64,000 nucleotides of DNA from Rhynchobatus australiae (Eukaryota). The stretch is taken from positions 19,358,520-19,422,519 of the forward strand of contig JAUZTB010000001.1 of NCBI GenBank assembly GCA_034780895.1, in the 5' to 3' direction. The notes under the pieces are model-generated. The model saw nothing but the letters and a program-made list of their open reading frames with translations, was not told the origin of the DNA and made no database searches. This document shows positions 25,031 to 39,100 of the stretch, one piece after another (within the stretch, counting starts at the first letter, position 1; every line of letters begins with the position of its first letter). The position numbers and the translations under genes are program-made.

Positions 25031-27519
25031 AATCTTAAGATGAATGCACAAGATATACTGTAGGTCCGTCTTACAATATTCTTCAGTTTATCACACAGTC
25101 TTGTGTGTAAAATCAATTCATGGGGAAGATTTAAGACCAAATTACATTAATTCATGAGCCAGATGTACTTCCTTCACAATAGAGCCTGGCAGGTAACTTC
25201 TTTCAGTCTCTAATTTCCTGGTTCAAGCAAGGACCATTATTAAAAAAGCATGGATTGAATAGTGAAAGGTCCAGAGTTAGGATATGGCATCATACCACTG
25301 CAAGTTGATTCCAATGTATTTCATGGAGCAGGGGATAAAGGGGAAGTAGAACCATTCAACNNNNNNNNNNNNNNNNNNAATATTCTCATCTTGCTTTTAG
25401 CCAATAAATACTTTGTCCAAATACTGCCACCAGTTACACATTATATATTACTCTAGTTGCATATTCTTAATAGATTAATAATCTGAGGCAATTATAAAAT
25501 TAGAAATTGAGAAAGACATAAATTGGTAAAGTGTCCTGGGCAATGTCTAATGTTTAGCAAGTCACAACATTCATTTTCCCAGCTATGAATCACCTTGGGA
25601 CATTTTTTGTGATGAAGGCACCATAAAAATGCAAGTTGTTATGAAATATAAATAGCAAATTTTGTATAATAAAACACAAAACACAATACTGACACTTGGA
25701 TCCCAGGAGGTTCAATTATCAGCTTGTATAATATCAACACTGCTTCAGTTGCATTAAATACATTTCTATGTAGTTTATCAAATACTGTAGAATCAGAACA
25801 ATAAACCTAGGCAGATCTCCACATCAAACTAACCAGATCTAAAGAGTTTATTGGCAAAACAGTAATGACCAAAGGCTCCAAAATAATAGATCAATAACAC
25901 TTTCACATTTCTGAGCTGCTATCTTCAATCCAAACATTTGCCTGAAATCATTATTTGGATGCGTTGCTACATAAATGCAAATTATTGTTAAAGTCAAGTT
26001 TAATCTCAGTAATATTTGTTTTATGCTATGCGAGATTGTTAAACACAATTTTGCTCAAGATTAAACGGTGTTCATCTGTTATCACTGAAGTGATTGTTAA
26101 CTTACAAGTGATATTTTGTTGAGGCATACAATCATACATTTTGTTCTTAATTTTGTTTCATCTTGGAAAACAATTTGCATGAAATGCAAGTAATTCTAGC
26201 TCTAACATCGATCGTTCTCAATGGAGAGCATTGACACACAATTACNNNNNNNNNNNNNNGTATTAGCTTATGTCTTTTCCTAAAATATGTGGACACAAGC
26301 ATGCTAAATATGCGCCGACAAAATTTGCCTGGTTATCAACTTTCTTATCTTTAATCACATTCCATTTTTGCTATTGCTAGATAAACCAAAGCTGAAAAAA
26401 TAACATGCATCAAAAATTTAATCAAACAGCATATGTGGAGGTTTCATAATTTTCTGTCAACAGCTCATTCAATAATATTTTATTAAAATATTTGAACAAA
26501 GATGTCAATTTAGTAACTAAGTGAGCATCAGCCTGGAAATTTCACAATCATGAGCCATTGAGTGCATAATAAACCTAAATAGACTAATTGGTTATATAAA
26601 GTAGCTACAGTGTACATATTCATCGCACGTCATCCATAGTAAAGAACAATTTTGAATATACTTAAGGATTAGAATTCAGAATTGTAGTGATTAATTTGAC
26701 AAATCATAAGTGAAAAACTAGTTAATTTTGCTTCACAGATGTATTTTATGTATAACATTTTTCTAAGCGTACAAATATGTCAACTATACAAAATAAAACA
26801 AGTTGCATATAAAAATAAAATATATCCACATACATACTTTATTATAATCTTATTCTTTTCAGTTTCCCCAATGTGTACATACTACAACTAATCCTATGAT
26901 ATTTCCTAAGGTCATTATATTATGCAATAGGAATGGAACCAGAAAACATTAAGGTAGCAAGTGAAGCACACACTTTCCTAGATGTTGTCCAGTGATACAA
27001 AATGAAAAAGCATTACACAGAAGTGGAAATGCATCCAAAATCAAGTTACCTGCTTTACTATGGAACAAATGACGAAAGAGAGGATTAAATTAGATATCTT
27101 CAATGTGGAGCCAGAAAATGGATGCGAGAGGCTGAATTTTAAATGACTGTTTAAATTTTGAGTGTTCATGAGGCTGAGTAAATGGTTATTTAGAACTCTG
27201 TAAAGCTGTGGAACTTTCATAATTTGAACACAAATATTTGCACTTGTGCTTTGCATACTTTTTAGTTTATTTTGCACCATATTCAATTCACCATTCTTGA
27301 ATCTAGGAAGTAGTGAATATATCAGTTTGATTAAACCATGTGCTAATAAATGACTTGTGCTATCACAACTTTGGCAGAGTGTTTAATTTATGGAAGTGGT
27401 TTATATTGCACCTTGCTTGCACCAAAACAATTTCAAACCATTTGCAACATCAACACATAACACAGTATATTATTGCTTACTGGAAGGAGAATTATATGCT
27501 AGAGAGGCTATAACATATT

Positions 27520-27990
27520 ATAAAGGGCATTGGTTAATCCATATCTGGCGTATTGTGCACAGTCTGGGTCTCCTTATTTAAGGAAACAGGTTAAAATAAT
27601 GGAAGTCATTCAATGTAGAACCTGGAATTGGTGGGTTATCTTATGAGGAAAGGTTAGACAGGCTCAGTTTTTATCTACCGGAGTTTAAAAGGGTGAAAGG
27701 GGGCTTGACTGAAACTTTCAAGATCTTGAGTTTTGACAGTGGACATGGAAAGGATAGTTTCCTCTTGTGGATGAATTTAGAAATGGGGGGGGGGTTTCAT
27801 TATTTATAAAATAATAAGGTCACCCATTTTAGGCAGAAGAATTTTGTTTTTTTTCATAAGGTTGTTAGTCTTTGGAACTTTCTTTCTCCGAGGTGGTAGA
27901 AGCAGGACTCAGGAATATTTTTTTTAAAGGTAGAGGTAGACAGATTCTTACTAAGGGGATAAAAGGTTACTACTTATAGGCAGAGTTGAT
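27520..27990 (+). mobile_element. CR1 3' fragment
   Basis: HLAYCAQS..PYLRK and GLSYEERLDRL coding; same family as 38660-39100. Confidence 0.65.
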
Positions 27991-28948
27991 CTGTATGCAT
28001 TCTTTATAGAATCCTGAACAACCTTAGTTTATTAAGTTTATGCTAACCTTAAGAAGAAAACATACTAGGACTGCATTTTGGCAGTCTATGAAAATCATTC
28101 TTCAAGCTTCCGCCTCCATATTATTATACAGCACCTGGAGAAAGATGTCAGACAGCAGTATATCACATCTTAATGTATGTCATGCCACACAGCTCACTGC
28201 AAAAATAATCCTACATTTGATGAAGGAGGTGATGTTTGTGTCTGAACTTTTAAATTTTGACTTCGAGTGAGAGTCGTCCACATTACATTTCAAATAAGAT
28301 ACGAGGTACCCTTAGTTGACACAAACAAACCACTGGGTTGTGTCTGCCAAAACTCAGCTCTGATTACCACTATATCATTTTGGTTCAGCCATCAACTCCT
28401 AGTATATATTGATGGATACAATAAATAATCCAGAATTTTTAGCAAATGTTGTCACCTCTGTGCTTTTGTCTGCTCCCGTGGTTTCATTGGGTCACAAAAA
28501 CTGCATCAGATATGTTCTTCACTGAGATTCAGTCACCATTTTGAACATTTATGTAAAGGTAAGATGCAAATACTTGCAGAGAAAAATCCTTTCATATTCC
28601 TCAAAAGACAGGTTTTTAATGTCATTCTATTCCAATTTAAATCTAGGCCCTGGATATGAAATGAAGATGCATGATGGTATCAAAATATGTTCAAGAAATT
28701 AACAAAAAATGAAAATTTCAATTCGAATGCAAAAGCTTCTTAAGAGGTATTGATGATGATACATGCAGCAAGCACATTTTCAACAAGTTAGCTTCAGCAA
28801 GATTTCCACATTTAGAATTTTCAATATTGCTTGTTCTATATGGAGTACATTTTACTTTGTTTAAACTTTGTGCTGTCTTGAATTATTTATTTGGTTTGTG
28901 TGATGGGGAAAGGAAAATGGGCCCAATTCCTACAGCACACAAGCATAC

Positions 28949-29020
28949 CTCCTGAAAGGTTGACCAAGGAACAACGTTGTCGTCTGTGAAGATGTCCATG
29001 GGATGGACCATCCTGCCCTC
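28949..29020 (-). CDS. Candidate 72-nt in-frame alternative (cassette) exon of MBD5
   Basis: Pyrimidine-rich AG-free tract, then CAG|GAG...GAG|GTATGC. 72 nt, open in the phase-1 frame of this intron (GGQDGPSHGHLHRRQRCSLVNLSG). No transcript evidence. Confidence 0.5.
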
Positions 29021-30274
29021 CTGCCAGAGGATAGCATTGATGAGGGCAAGAAAATTGAGGAAAATGTTGTTACAAGATAAAATTAACATACACGTAGCAA
29101 AAGTCAGTAATTATATACAAAGAGAATCTCCCACCCCCCCACCTGATTCTCTACATTTCTTGTCATGCAGATATAATTCAATTAAGCAAACACTAAGTAT
29201 AGATTAAGTGTACATTGTTCTCCCCATTTTGATCAGCTTTGTTCTGACTGCTTTGAGCTGAAAATCTATGCGAAGACAGATTTGTCATTTTACTTGATGT
29301 TCCATTGTGCAGAGAAATATAGCCAGTCTGCCTAACACATTCCTCTAACAGTTTGGCTTATTTGAGACAAATGCTGTCATAAAGGTTGTACAACAATACA
29401 GCAAAGTTCTTGATACATAGTCATCCTTCCTAGAATGCACGAAGCCAAATCTGTTAACAATTCAAACTTGTTTCATAAAGCCTGGGAAATATTCAGCTTT
29501 TGTACAAAATACTAGCATTTGATTCCCCCCCCCCCCCCCCAAAATGGTAGAAAACATGTAAAAATTGCAATTCTTTTCAGTGTGCAATATATTAGTCATG
29601 GACCAAAATTAACCAACAAGATAATAATTATCGCTTTTTTAAAAATGGAAGATACTTTGCTAAATATGACTCTAGCTTCAAATGACGTGTGAATAAAAAT
29701 GGATAAATTAAATTTTAAATTAAAAGGATACTTTCGATCAATAGCTCAATTGAAATACATGCTTGCTTTCAATTTCCTCTCCTACTCAAAAATTCACATT
29801 AGCAAAGGGGAAATGATCTTCATGAGGCTTCAAACACATTAAAACTTAGCAAATATTAGCTAAGTTTTTATTCACTGTACACCAAGCATATAGTCACACA
29901 AATGAAAACCGAACGTGCATGATTAAAATAAAATAAATGAATCAATTAAAGAATCAGCCACATTAGAGCTCTGCACTTGTAATCTTGAAGAAAAACATTT
30001 AAAATCATATAGAAATTACTTCCTGCTCAAGCCATTTGGTTATACGTATTTGTCAGTGAGAAGATGCCATACTACAATAAGGTATCTGTAAACTTCTTGT
30101 AATTTACATAATAGCACTTGACAAATATTCAAAGAACCTTATGATATAGAAAACATAACAATCCTTGAGCCAAAAATGAAACTGACGACAAATTATGTAC
30201 CCAGACTTGAAACTTGTGACAAAATTTGAAAATATCAAATAAAAAAAATTCAATGGATTAGTGTAAAACCATAC

Positions 30275-32368
30275 CTGCATCAGCACTGGTTTGGCTACAA
30301 ATGCCACTACTGTTTGGTACCATTACTGTTGAAGAGGCTGCAATTCTTGAATGATGGTTGGAATGCAAACTATTTCCCAAAGTCATTCCAGATTGATGAA
30401 GCAGCCCACAATTGCCACCATCATGGGGCTGTCCGACTAACCCAACAAATTGATTGTTTAGGCCCTGACAACTGTGGATTAAATTACTATTTGTATTCTG
30501 GCAAGAAATACTTTCCCCTCTTGTTAAATTTTGAGCTGATAGGTTATGAATGGAACCTGAGTTCAGACTGGTATTTGAAAAGTTATGTTGGTTGGATGAA
30601 CAAGAAATACCTGTAGTGGAACCACCACAACTAGCACTGCTATTGCCACTGATTTGAGAACTCTGTGAACTCATAGACTGAAGTAACTGAGACATGGTGT
30701 TATTCATAGTCACAGATGAATTCTGTCCTTGTTTCCTTAACGAGTCAATCACAGACTTTGGAACTCCTGAGCTGCTCATCTGAGACTGTTTCAGCATACT
30801 CAATACTGTAGGGGTAGCTTGCTTCCGCTTTCTTAAAGGGTCCTTTTGCTGTGCCATTAATTTGTCTCTCAGTGCTGCACGCCCACTTTGACCTTCATTA
30901 ACTGAAAGCAGCATGTTTGTAGTTGGTGGAAACATGGAATTTAAAGTGCTGTGTCCTTCACTATTGCCACCACTGCCAACTCCACCAGTACTGTTACTAC
31001 CAGACAGTTTGTTTTGATTAGCTAGCTGTGCTTTGGCTGCTGCTGAAAGTAAACTGCTTGCTGGAAATGAGGCAGCATTATGCTGGTTCAAAATTTGATT
31101 TAAGGGCATACCTAGCAAACCTGGCTGACCCTTTTGTTGTACATTTCCAACAGATACAGATGGAAACAAAGGGTTATTTTGAGGATTCAAAACATTGTTC
31201 ATTCCAACCAACAGTGGATTAGAAACATCTTTGTATTGATGAAGTAGTCCATCAGGCTTGGTAGATGGACTGGATGGCATAGATGGTCTTGGAGAACCCA
31301 TGGATGACCTTGGCGACCTTGGAGGGACTTTTATTCCACTGCAGCTTGACTGAGGACCTGCAGGTGGCATCATTAAGCTTCCATGATCAGAGGATGTGGA
31401 TGATGACCGCGACCTTTGTGGTGATGCCTCAATTCTTCCCATTACAGGTCCAATCATATGTACTGGAGAGGTAACTGGAGCAGGAGACACAGATGTGGAA
31501 GTTGAATGTTGAACCCGTGGTACATGAGTTCCATGATTTACTGGGCCAGGCTTAACTGTTGGCAATGGTAGATTGCTTGGCAGAGGGACAACAGCAGGAG
31601 GCATGTTTACATTCATCATAGGTACCTGAGAGTGCATGGTTGTCTGGAAATTAGATGTATTAATAAGTACTGGATTAGGTTTACTTGGTATAGGGTCAAG
31701 GATACCTAATGGATCTTTTTCTGAGGGCAATGGCTTTTTCTGGAGAGCACATGATGTTGGGGGTCCTGGAGGAGGTTTGTGAAACATAATTCGNNNNNNN
31801 NNNNNNNNNNNNNNNNNNNNNNNNNNNNNNNNNNNNNNNNNNNGACTTTTTGTAGTCATTGTTGGTGAAAGAGGTATAGAAGTCCTACCAGCCATAGCAC
31901 AGGATGAGTGGGATGAAGAATTCTGTATCAGAACTGTGGGAGGGGAATGGGGAATTCTATTTACGTGAATAGGACTCGAGTTTGGCCCAGCATGAAAGCC
32001 TGGATTACTTCTTGTAAACACATCAGGACTTCCCATTGTATCAGTCCTGGGAGATATGGAACCATCTCCATAGATCTGTGATCCTGATGATGCTGGGCTA
32101 GACAGACCACCATGACTTCCACGATATGGAGACTTTTGCCCTTGATCATTGCTACCTAGTCTTTGTCTAGAATAACCATGAAGTTCTTGCTGGGGACTTC
32201 CACACAGGTCCTGTTGATAAAGCCGTGCTGCAGCATTTGGACCCCCCATCAATTTAGGCAGAAATGTATTCTTGTAGTCTGGCACTGCAGAATTTGTTAC
32301 TACTTCTTGTGACTTATTCCTCATTGCTCTAGGAGTTGCAGCCCGTGATTGTACCAATGGAGTTCCAC
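30275..32368 (-). CDS. MBD5: MBD5 large Pro/Ser-rich coding exon 4
   Basis: TTATTAG|GT acceptor and GCAG|GTATGG donor; 2094 nt, phase 1 to 1. Motifs [51 protein letters not shown]. The internal 50-N gap (31794-31843) keeps frame. Confidence 0.97.
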
Positions 32369-33994
32369 CTAATAAAAAAAAGCACAATCATGAGCAAAGA
32401 ACTAGACTGATCACTCAATTAAGGACAGGTATTATAATCTTCATCTCGTTGCCTCTACCTACTGCCTCAATCTTTACTTTGCTTCCTGTGCCCCCAAGTT
32501 AAAATTGACCTAAAAATGAAAAAAATCTGGTGCACTGGGGTTTGGGGGATTCAAAGAGAGGGAGGTTTGGTGGGAAAAGTGCAGCAATCAGAGGATGGCA
32601 AGAAAGAAAGACAGCCAGATTCTCATCAATGACTGCTGTTTGATGATTTTGGTTGAGTCACGGGCACTGACACAGCAGGCAAAGACAGGACTGTGTGTGG
32701 CTGTGACAGCCTCATGCAAGTGTTACAGGATGCTCAAACAACTCATAACAGGATGGGAATTGGTTACTAGATAGCTGTGAGAAACTATATGGCTGCTGCT
32801 GCTCCTTTCTGTGAACTATCACAAAAATGTGTTACTCCTTCCATGAATGGAGAACATTAAAAAGAAAGGTAAACACACCATGCATGGTTTTGCTAAAATA
32901 ATCAGAATGGGCCAATGAATATTTGAAAAGTCTTCACAAAAAAATACACTAGTGAAAATGGTTGTTAAATAATTCTTTTGGTGTCATTAAGGAAAGTTAA
33001 TAAAAATGTTAACATACAGCCTTAAAACAAAATTCCACTTCTAGTAATCTCATTTTGGATATTCTTTTCAAATCTACAATATTTATAACAAAGTTAGAAA
33101 AACAAACTTGCACATAAGGTATTTTAAAAAATACACAAATTAAGGCTTCAAAATTTTAAATTTGCACAATCATCCTTCAATTTTATCTGTAATGAGACTC
33201 TTTTCTTAATGAAGCCCCTCTTCACCCAGGCAATGTGATAAAGACGAGATAGATTTTCCTGTACATCTAATGCCAACAGCACAGAATGCATTTTATATTA
33301 CCAGCTGCTATATGCTGTCATAAACCCCTCCTCATCAGTCAATTTGGGTACAATAGCTTAGTCATTATCCTGGAGGTCACAAGTTCAAGTGCCAGAGGGC
33401 CAAATGGCAAAATAATAAAACTCCAGTAACCTCTGGATTTGCCCAGACAATAAGCAAAGGTTGGGTTTTCACTCACATCCTTCAGAGAAGCAAACTGCCA
33501 CCATGATAAAATCTGTCACTTACGTAAATTTAATTATTAACTTGAGTTTATTTGTAAAGCTGCTGGGCTAACTACAAATGGGAGGTAAAAATGTTACCTA
33601 TACCTCAAGAACAAAAATTTAAACAAGGCATTTAAATGGTAATTTGGTACTGCTGAAGCCTCAGAACAAATGAAAAATTACTTTTTGTTCTATCAGCAAT
33701 TAAAATACAGAAGTTGAACTAAAGACTCAAAATTCTTAAAAGCAACTTCTTGTATTTAAATATACCTTGAACGGAACTTAAGAAACTAAAGTACAAACAG
33801 AAAAAGCTGGAAATACACAGCAAGTCAGAAAACATGCATGGACAGTTTCATTTATCTGCTGACATATTCCCACATTAATTTCTAGATTTTATTTTCCAAC
33901 ATCCTGTAATATCTTGCTTCCATAAAACTTAATGTCAACAGAGCCTTCTTCAACATCGGACAAGCGACTGAAAACTCAATTTAGCGTAATCATA

Positions 33995-34320
33995 AAGACA
34001 GACTCGGACAGCATGGAGACAGCTGCGTGGACCCGCCAAGTCCACACCAATCAAGCACCCATTCACACTAATAGCATTAAAATTCTCTAATTTTAATTTT
34101 CATTAACTTCTTCCAGATTCTACCACCCACCTACATGCAGGTAATTTACAGCGGCCAATTAACCTACTAACCAGCATATATTTGGGATGTGACAGGAAAC
34201 TGGAGCACTTGGAGAAAACTCACACACAAGGAGAATGTGCAAACTCCACATAAGCAGTGCTAGGTATCAGGATTGAACTCGGACCTGAGGCATCAGCTCA
34301 ATGAGCAGAAACACTGCTAT
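33995..34320 (-). mobile_element. V-SINE-like element with CR1-type tail
   Basis: Plus strand GGATTGAACTC (reverse B box), GGAGAATGTGCAAACTCCACA and GGAAACTGGAGCAC core. Confidence 0.65.
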
Positions 34321-34861
34321 CCAACAAATAACAGCAATACTGTAGTTTCATGGTTTCCAGAATTTTTCCATTTTAAAGGTACTTATTTATCTGAATTTAA
34401 ATTCCCCAGGTTCAGAGATGGGACTTAAACTTGTCTCTCTATATCAATGGTCCAGGTTTCTACTTGCTCATCCAGTAACTATTACACTGTGCTATTGTCC
34501 CCTAATTATCATTCTCTCCAATTTTTCTGTAATACCAGTGGTCATGTGTTTTAATAAAGCCTCCTTTAACCAGGCCACGAGACAAAGCAGTATTAGATAG
34601 TCTCATCTACCCAGCTGCCAATGACACCGAATATTGCAATACCAGTTGCTTTTTTTCATTCACTCCATTAGCTATTAACTTTGTATGAGAGTCAATTAAA
34701 AGTATGTTGTCAACATGGCAGTTTATAGTTTCTCCTGTGCTTCAAGGAAATCAGAAGAATACCTTGTTGCTAGTAATTAAAAAACCACNNNNNNNNNNCT
34801 GCAAACCACAATCCACATGGAGCCCTAACCAGATTGAATATTTTAGTTTCTGAAAACTTAC

Positions 34862-35042
34862 TTGTTCCACCACCTGGGCTTGTGAGAAGCAAGGAAGGAT
34901 GTGGTGTCTCAATACTTTTATGTAGTGTAGCTACAGCAATGATTTTGCGCTTGTGGATGCAAAGTTTTGTCAAATCTTCATCAGCTTTGACATCCTCTGC
35001 TGTTCTTTGCTTGACGGTTGCTCCAGGATCAAAAGTGAACAC
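34862..35042 (-). CDS. MBD5: MBD5 coding exon 3 (end of MBD domain)
   Basis: AAG|GTG acceptor, [43 protein letters not shown]...TSPGGGT, donor A|GTAAGT. 181 nt, phase 0 to 1. Confidence 0.96.
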
Positions 35043-38000
35043 CTTAAATCAAGACAACACTTCTGTTACTGCTTCAATGTTACAACATTAACTCTGGATG
35101 TAGTGATATTCTCAGGGAAAAGTAAATTCACTTTGGGGACCAGCAATTTATACAAATATATTATGCAACCACTCAGCACATCTTCCTCCACTCTGCTGCA
35201 AAGGTGCAAGATGAGACTGCTAATTTTTAAATATTCCATCAAACAACATCTCAGAAGTTGTTAACAACATTACTGATAAAACAAAAAAACTTTAACCCAA
35301 CAGTTGACAACTTTGATATGTTTGCCTAAGGGAATTTAATTTCTGTATTTTATATAATGGAACAGGAAATTCTGGAAATGGTTAGATTAGGCAAAATCTA
35401 TGGAGAGAGAAACACAGATGCTCCACCTGTTCCCTTTCCTATTAAAATTCAGTTCGGGTTCATGGCAACAACTCAAGTTGCCTCTTCTTGGTGCGTATTA
35501 ACCAAAGTGGAACTGTAAAACAGGATGCCGATCAATTGCTCCAAAAAAAAAGACAAGATCAAAGGGAACAAGACTTTGTTTGCAATGCAATTTTGTATAT
35601 GATTAAAAATATAAAAGATGACATTTTTGTATTATGCAACCTAATATGGTTTCCTTATCTGTTCAATTTCCATGTAAATTACAAAAAAGTATAAAAATTG
35701 GTACTTTGTTTTGTATATGTACAGTACAAATACATCAAAGTGTTTTTTGTTATTCCACCAGTTGTGCTTGGTGAAAGCGTTTCTTAAATAACTTCTTGGT
35801 AATAATTTCAAGAAGAACACTGTTTATGAAATAGACATCATGAGTAAATTAAATTCAGTATTTCTACTGGTAACTGTTAGCTTTAAAAAAGCCTTAGGAT
35901 ATAGATAACACCAGAAAAGCTACATTTATTGAACATCTCTATTTCTTCTAATAAGCTAGTAACAGGGTGCTTTCTGGAACTGCTGCATCCCTGGGTCTTA
36001 GGAAGATGGCTCCCCAGGATTTAAAGCAAGGCTATTAACACTAGGTGAAAACATCTCAAATATTAATAGTTACAGATTAAAAGAATGTGCATTGATATAG
36101 CACCTTCACTTTATTAAAGCACTTCATGGTGAATGAACCGAATCCCTGCTATAATGAAGAAAAATAAACTTGCCAATTTCTACCTATCAGAATGACTAAG
36201 TAATGAGGTGAATAATCAGCTTTTTCTTTAAGAAAAAGTAATGTTGCTTGTTCTTCCTTGAAAAGTGCAATCGAATTTTTAATGAAACTGATTGACATTT
36301 GGACTACCATGTACAAAAATACATTTTTCACATACCATCAAAATATAATTCAAAACACAATGATTTCTTACCTAAAAAGGACAGAGGAAAAGAGCTTGGA
36401 AAGAAAGAGGAATCCACAAGGCAGTTAGAATTTTAGTCTGGCTGTCTCAATTCCAACCAGTAATCCTTAGATTTACAAGTTAACATTTGATGAATCACTG
36501 AGCAAATTCACTTAGCTATGAGGAAATGGACCATCTTGTTCAGGGTAACCACGTATATCTATTCATTGAAGTTTCTCTCCGGAACCTCAAACTGAGAAGG
36601 CCCTTTTAAATCCTCCAAACAGGAAGTGTCCTTTGGATCACTTCTCTCTGCACTGGGTAGCACTAAAAGTCTCAGCTTCAAATAATCGCTTGCCTTCATC
36701 GGCCAAGGTCTCTCCATAATTAACTTTTCTTTCCATAGTATATCAACAGCATTTTGGTCAGTCTTATTTCAAATTTTCATTTACTTCCTATAGCCAAGGC
36801 GTCCCATGTTTTAAATTTGAGATCCACCACTGACTTTCTTGCCCAGGCACTTAAATATTTACAGACTTCATCTTTCACATTCATCTCTGACTCCCACTAT
36901 ATTCACCTCAATAAAACATTATACATCACTATTTCATCACCATTGCTCTTTTATTAATTTGAAAAGCTTTGTGGCACACTTTATTATTTATCCTTGCCTT
37001 TCACTGTTAAGTTTCTCAATTCTTCAAAAAGCCACATGTTCAACCCAGCTTCAGAATTTTGATTTTGTGCTTCTAAATCTGTGCTGTACCTGATGTGACC
37101 TCTTATCTTAACCACACATTTAATGCAGTCTACTGGAGTCCATGCAGTCACACTATTATGATGCTTAATAATATGTAATATTTGTATTTTGTATGATAAG
37201 TAGTTTTTATTTTTCTGTTATAGTTCATTATATAGGAATGCATTCAAATAGTTATTAAAAATGAGATATATTCCAATTGTCTTCTTAGACTTTGAAGGAT
37301 AAACAATGACCTCCTTACGTCAATTTTTCCATAGACAACTGATGCAATTGTATCTAATTTCATACATCCTGAGGATCTTAAATACTTTCCACAGGATCCT
37401 TGTTAGCACCATTTCAAAGCTTCATTGACAGAAGATCCCAAAGCTGTGATGTTTGCCATATAGAAGAAGTAAAAGGGGGAGTATTTTGGACCACCATCTG
37501 TATATTCTCCACAGCATACTGACTTGGCAATATGTCACTGTTCCTTCATCATTGTTGAATCAAAATTATCTAACAGCAAGTCTCAGTGCCGTCACCATAC
37601 TGGCTGCAATGGTTCAAGATGAATGCCTGCTACCATACTAAAGGGCAAACAGATAATAAATGCTGTATTTGCCCATGAAGTCCACATTAAAAATATAAAT
37701 TACAGATACATTAAAGCCACAAGTAATTTTTTGTTTTAGAGTTTGTCCCTAACTGGGCACCACTATTAACAGGTCACTCAAGTATTTTGAGGTATGGCAA
37801 CATAATGGTTCTTACAGCACTGGTATCCAATGACCTAAGGACCTGAATTCAAACTCCATCATGGCAGCTGGTGAATTTAAATTTAGGCAATTAAAATAGA
37901 TCTGGAATTTTAAAAAGCTAGTATCGATAGTAATGACCTGTTTAATGCATNNNNNNNNNNNNNNNNNNNNNNNNNNNNNNNNNNNNNNNNNNNNNNNNNN

Positions 38001-38050
38001 NNNNNNNNNNNNNNNNNNNNNNNNNNNNNNNNNNNNNNNNNNNNNNNNNN

Positions 38051-38060
38051 GCCACTTGGA
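38051..38060 (-). CDS. MBD5: MBD5 coding exon 2 (MBD core); only the first 10 nt visible, rest in gap 37951-38050
   Basis: Acceptor TTTTCTTTTTTTAG|TCCAAGTGGC completes AG|T=Ser then Pro-Ser-Gly, the SPSG motif expected after GVLY. Phase matches exon 1. Confidence 0.85.
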
Positions 38061-38659
38061 CTAAAAAAAGAAAAAACAAAGACTTTGTAAATAAACAAGT
38101 TATGACTTTAAGAACTTGATGCTAATCTATTTTAACAACATGGACTTGATGGCCTAAATGGCCCACTTATAAACTGCTTGGAGTTATGAACGTGAGACAG
38201 AGAAGTTTACAGAGCCAAATGTAGATTATAATGTTTAAGGTCTTCTTGGCCAGGGCAATTCAAAAGCAATGAGGAACTAGATCGGGATAGGATAAAATGC
38301 ATGTGGAATATAGCATGGGATTGGACATATCTTGGAATTATACACCTATTTGAATTCCAAGGCACCAAAACCAGAGAATGTAAAGGGAAAGCAACCGAAA
38401 GTTCAAACAGGATTAAACAGCGTACATCACTTGAAAGAGAATTGCATAGAATATGGAATCCTAAAATATACCAGATTTTTAATGACCTATAAATATATGA
38501 ACTACATTCCCTCTGTGCTTTCAGATCAAGCAAGTTGGCAGTGCCAGTGTGATTTTATTTTAAACCAACCCCCCCCCACATTTTCTTTCATTTGGAATTT
38601 CCAGATGATTCTAGTTCTGTTTTTTTTTTACTTGTCTGTACATTGTTAAATGCCTTCCA

Positions 38660-39100
38660 GTTGGAAAATGCTAGCATCTAAAATAGGCTAGACTGATACC
38701 CAAAATGGGTGGGTAGCCTTATGAGGAAAGGCTAGGTTTGCATCTGCAGTTTAGATGAGTGAGAGGGGGCTCAACTGCGACATAAAGGAACCTGAGAAGT
38801 TTTGATAGGGAGAGGATATTTCCTATTGTGAGAGAATCTAGAACTAGAGGTCACTGTTTACAAATGAAGGATCTCCCTTTTAAGGCAGAGGCGAGGTGAA
38901 TTTTATGTTCTATCAGCAGATTGCAACGAATAGTGGAAGCAGACAATGAATATTTATGGCAGGTGTCGGTAGATTCTTGGCATAAGGGGGTGAAAGGTTA
39001 TCAAGGGTAAATGAGAATATGTAGTGAAGATTGTAGTTAGATCAGCCATTATTTTATTAAATAGAGCAGCAGACTTGGTGCCGAGTGGCCTTTTCCCCAT
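38660..39100 (+). mobile_element. CR1 3' fragment
   Basis: TTATGAGGAAAGGCTAGG, GAGAATCTAGAACTAGAGGTCACTG and a 3' tail with GAGTGGCCT. Confidence 0.65.
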
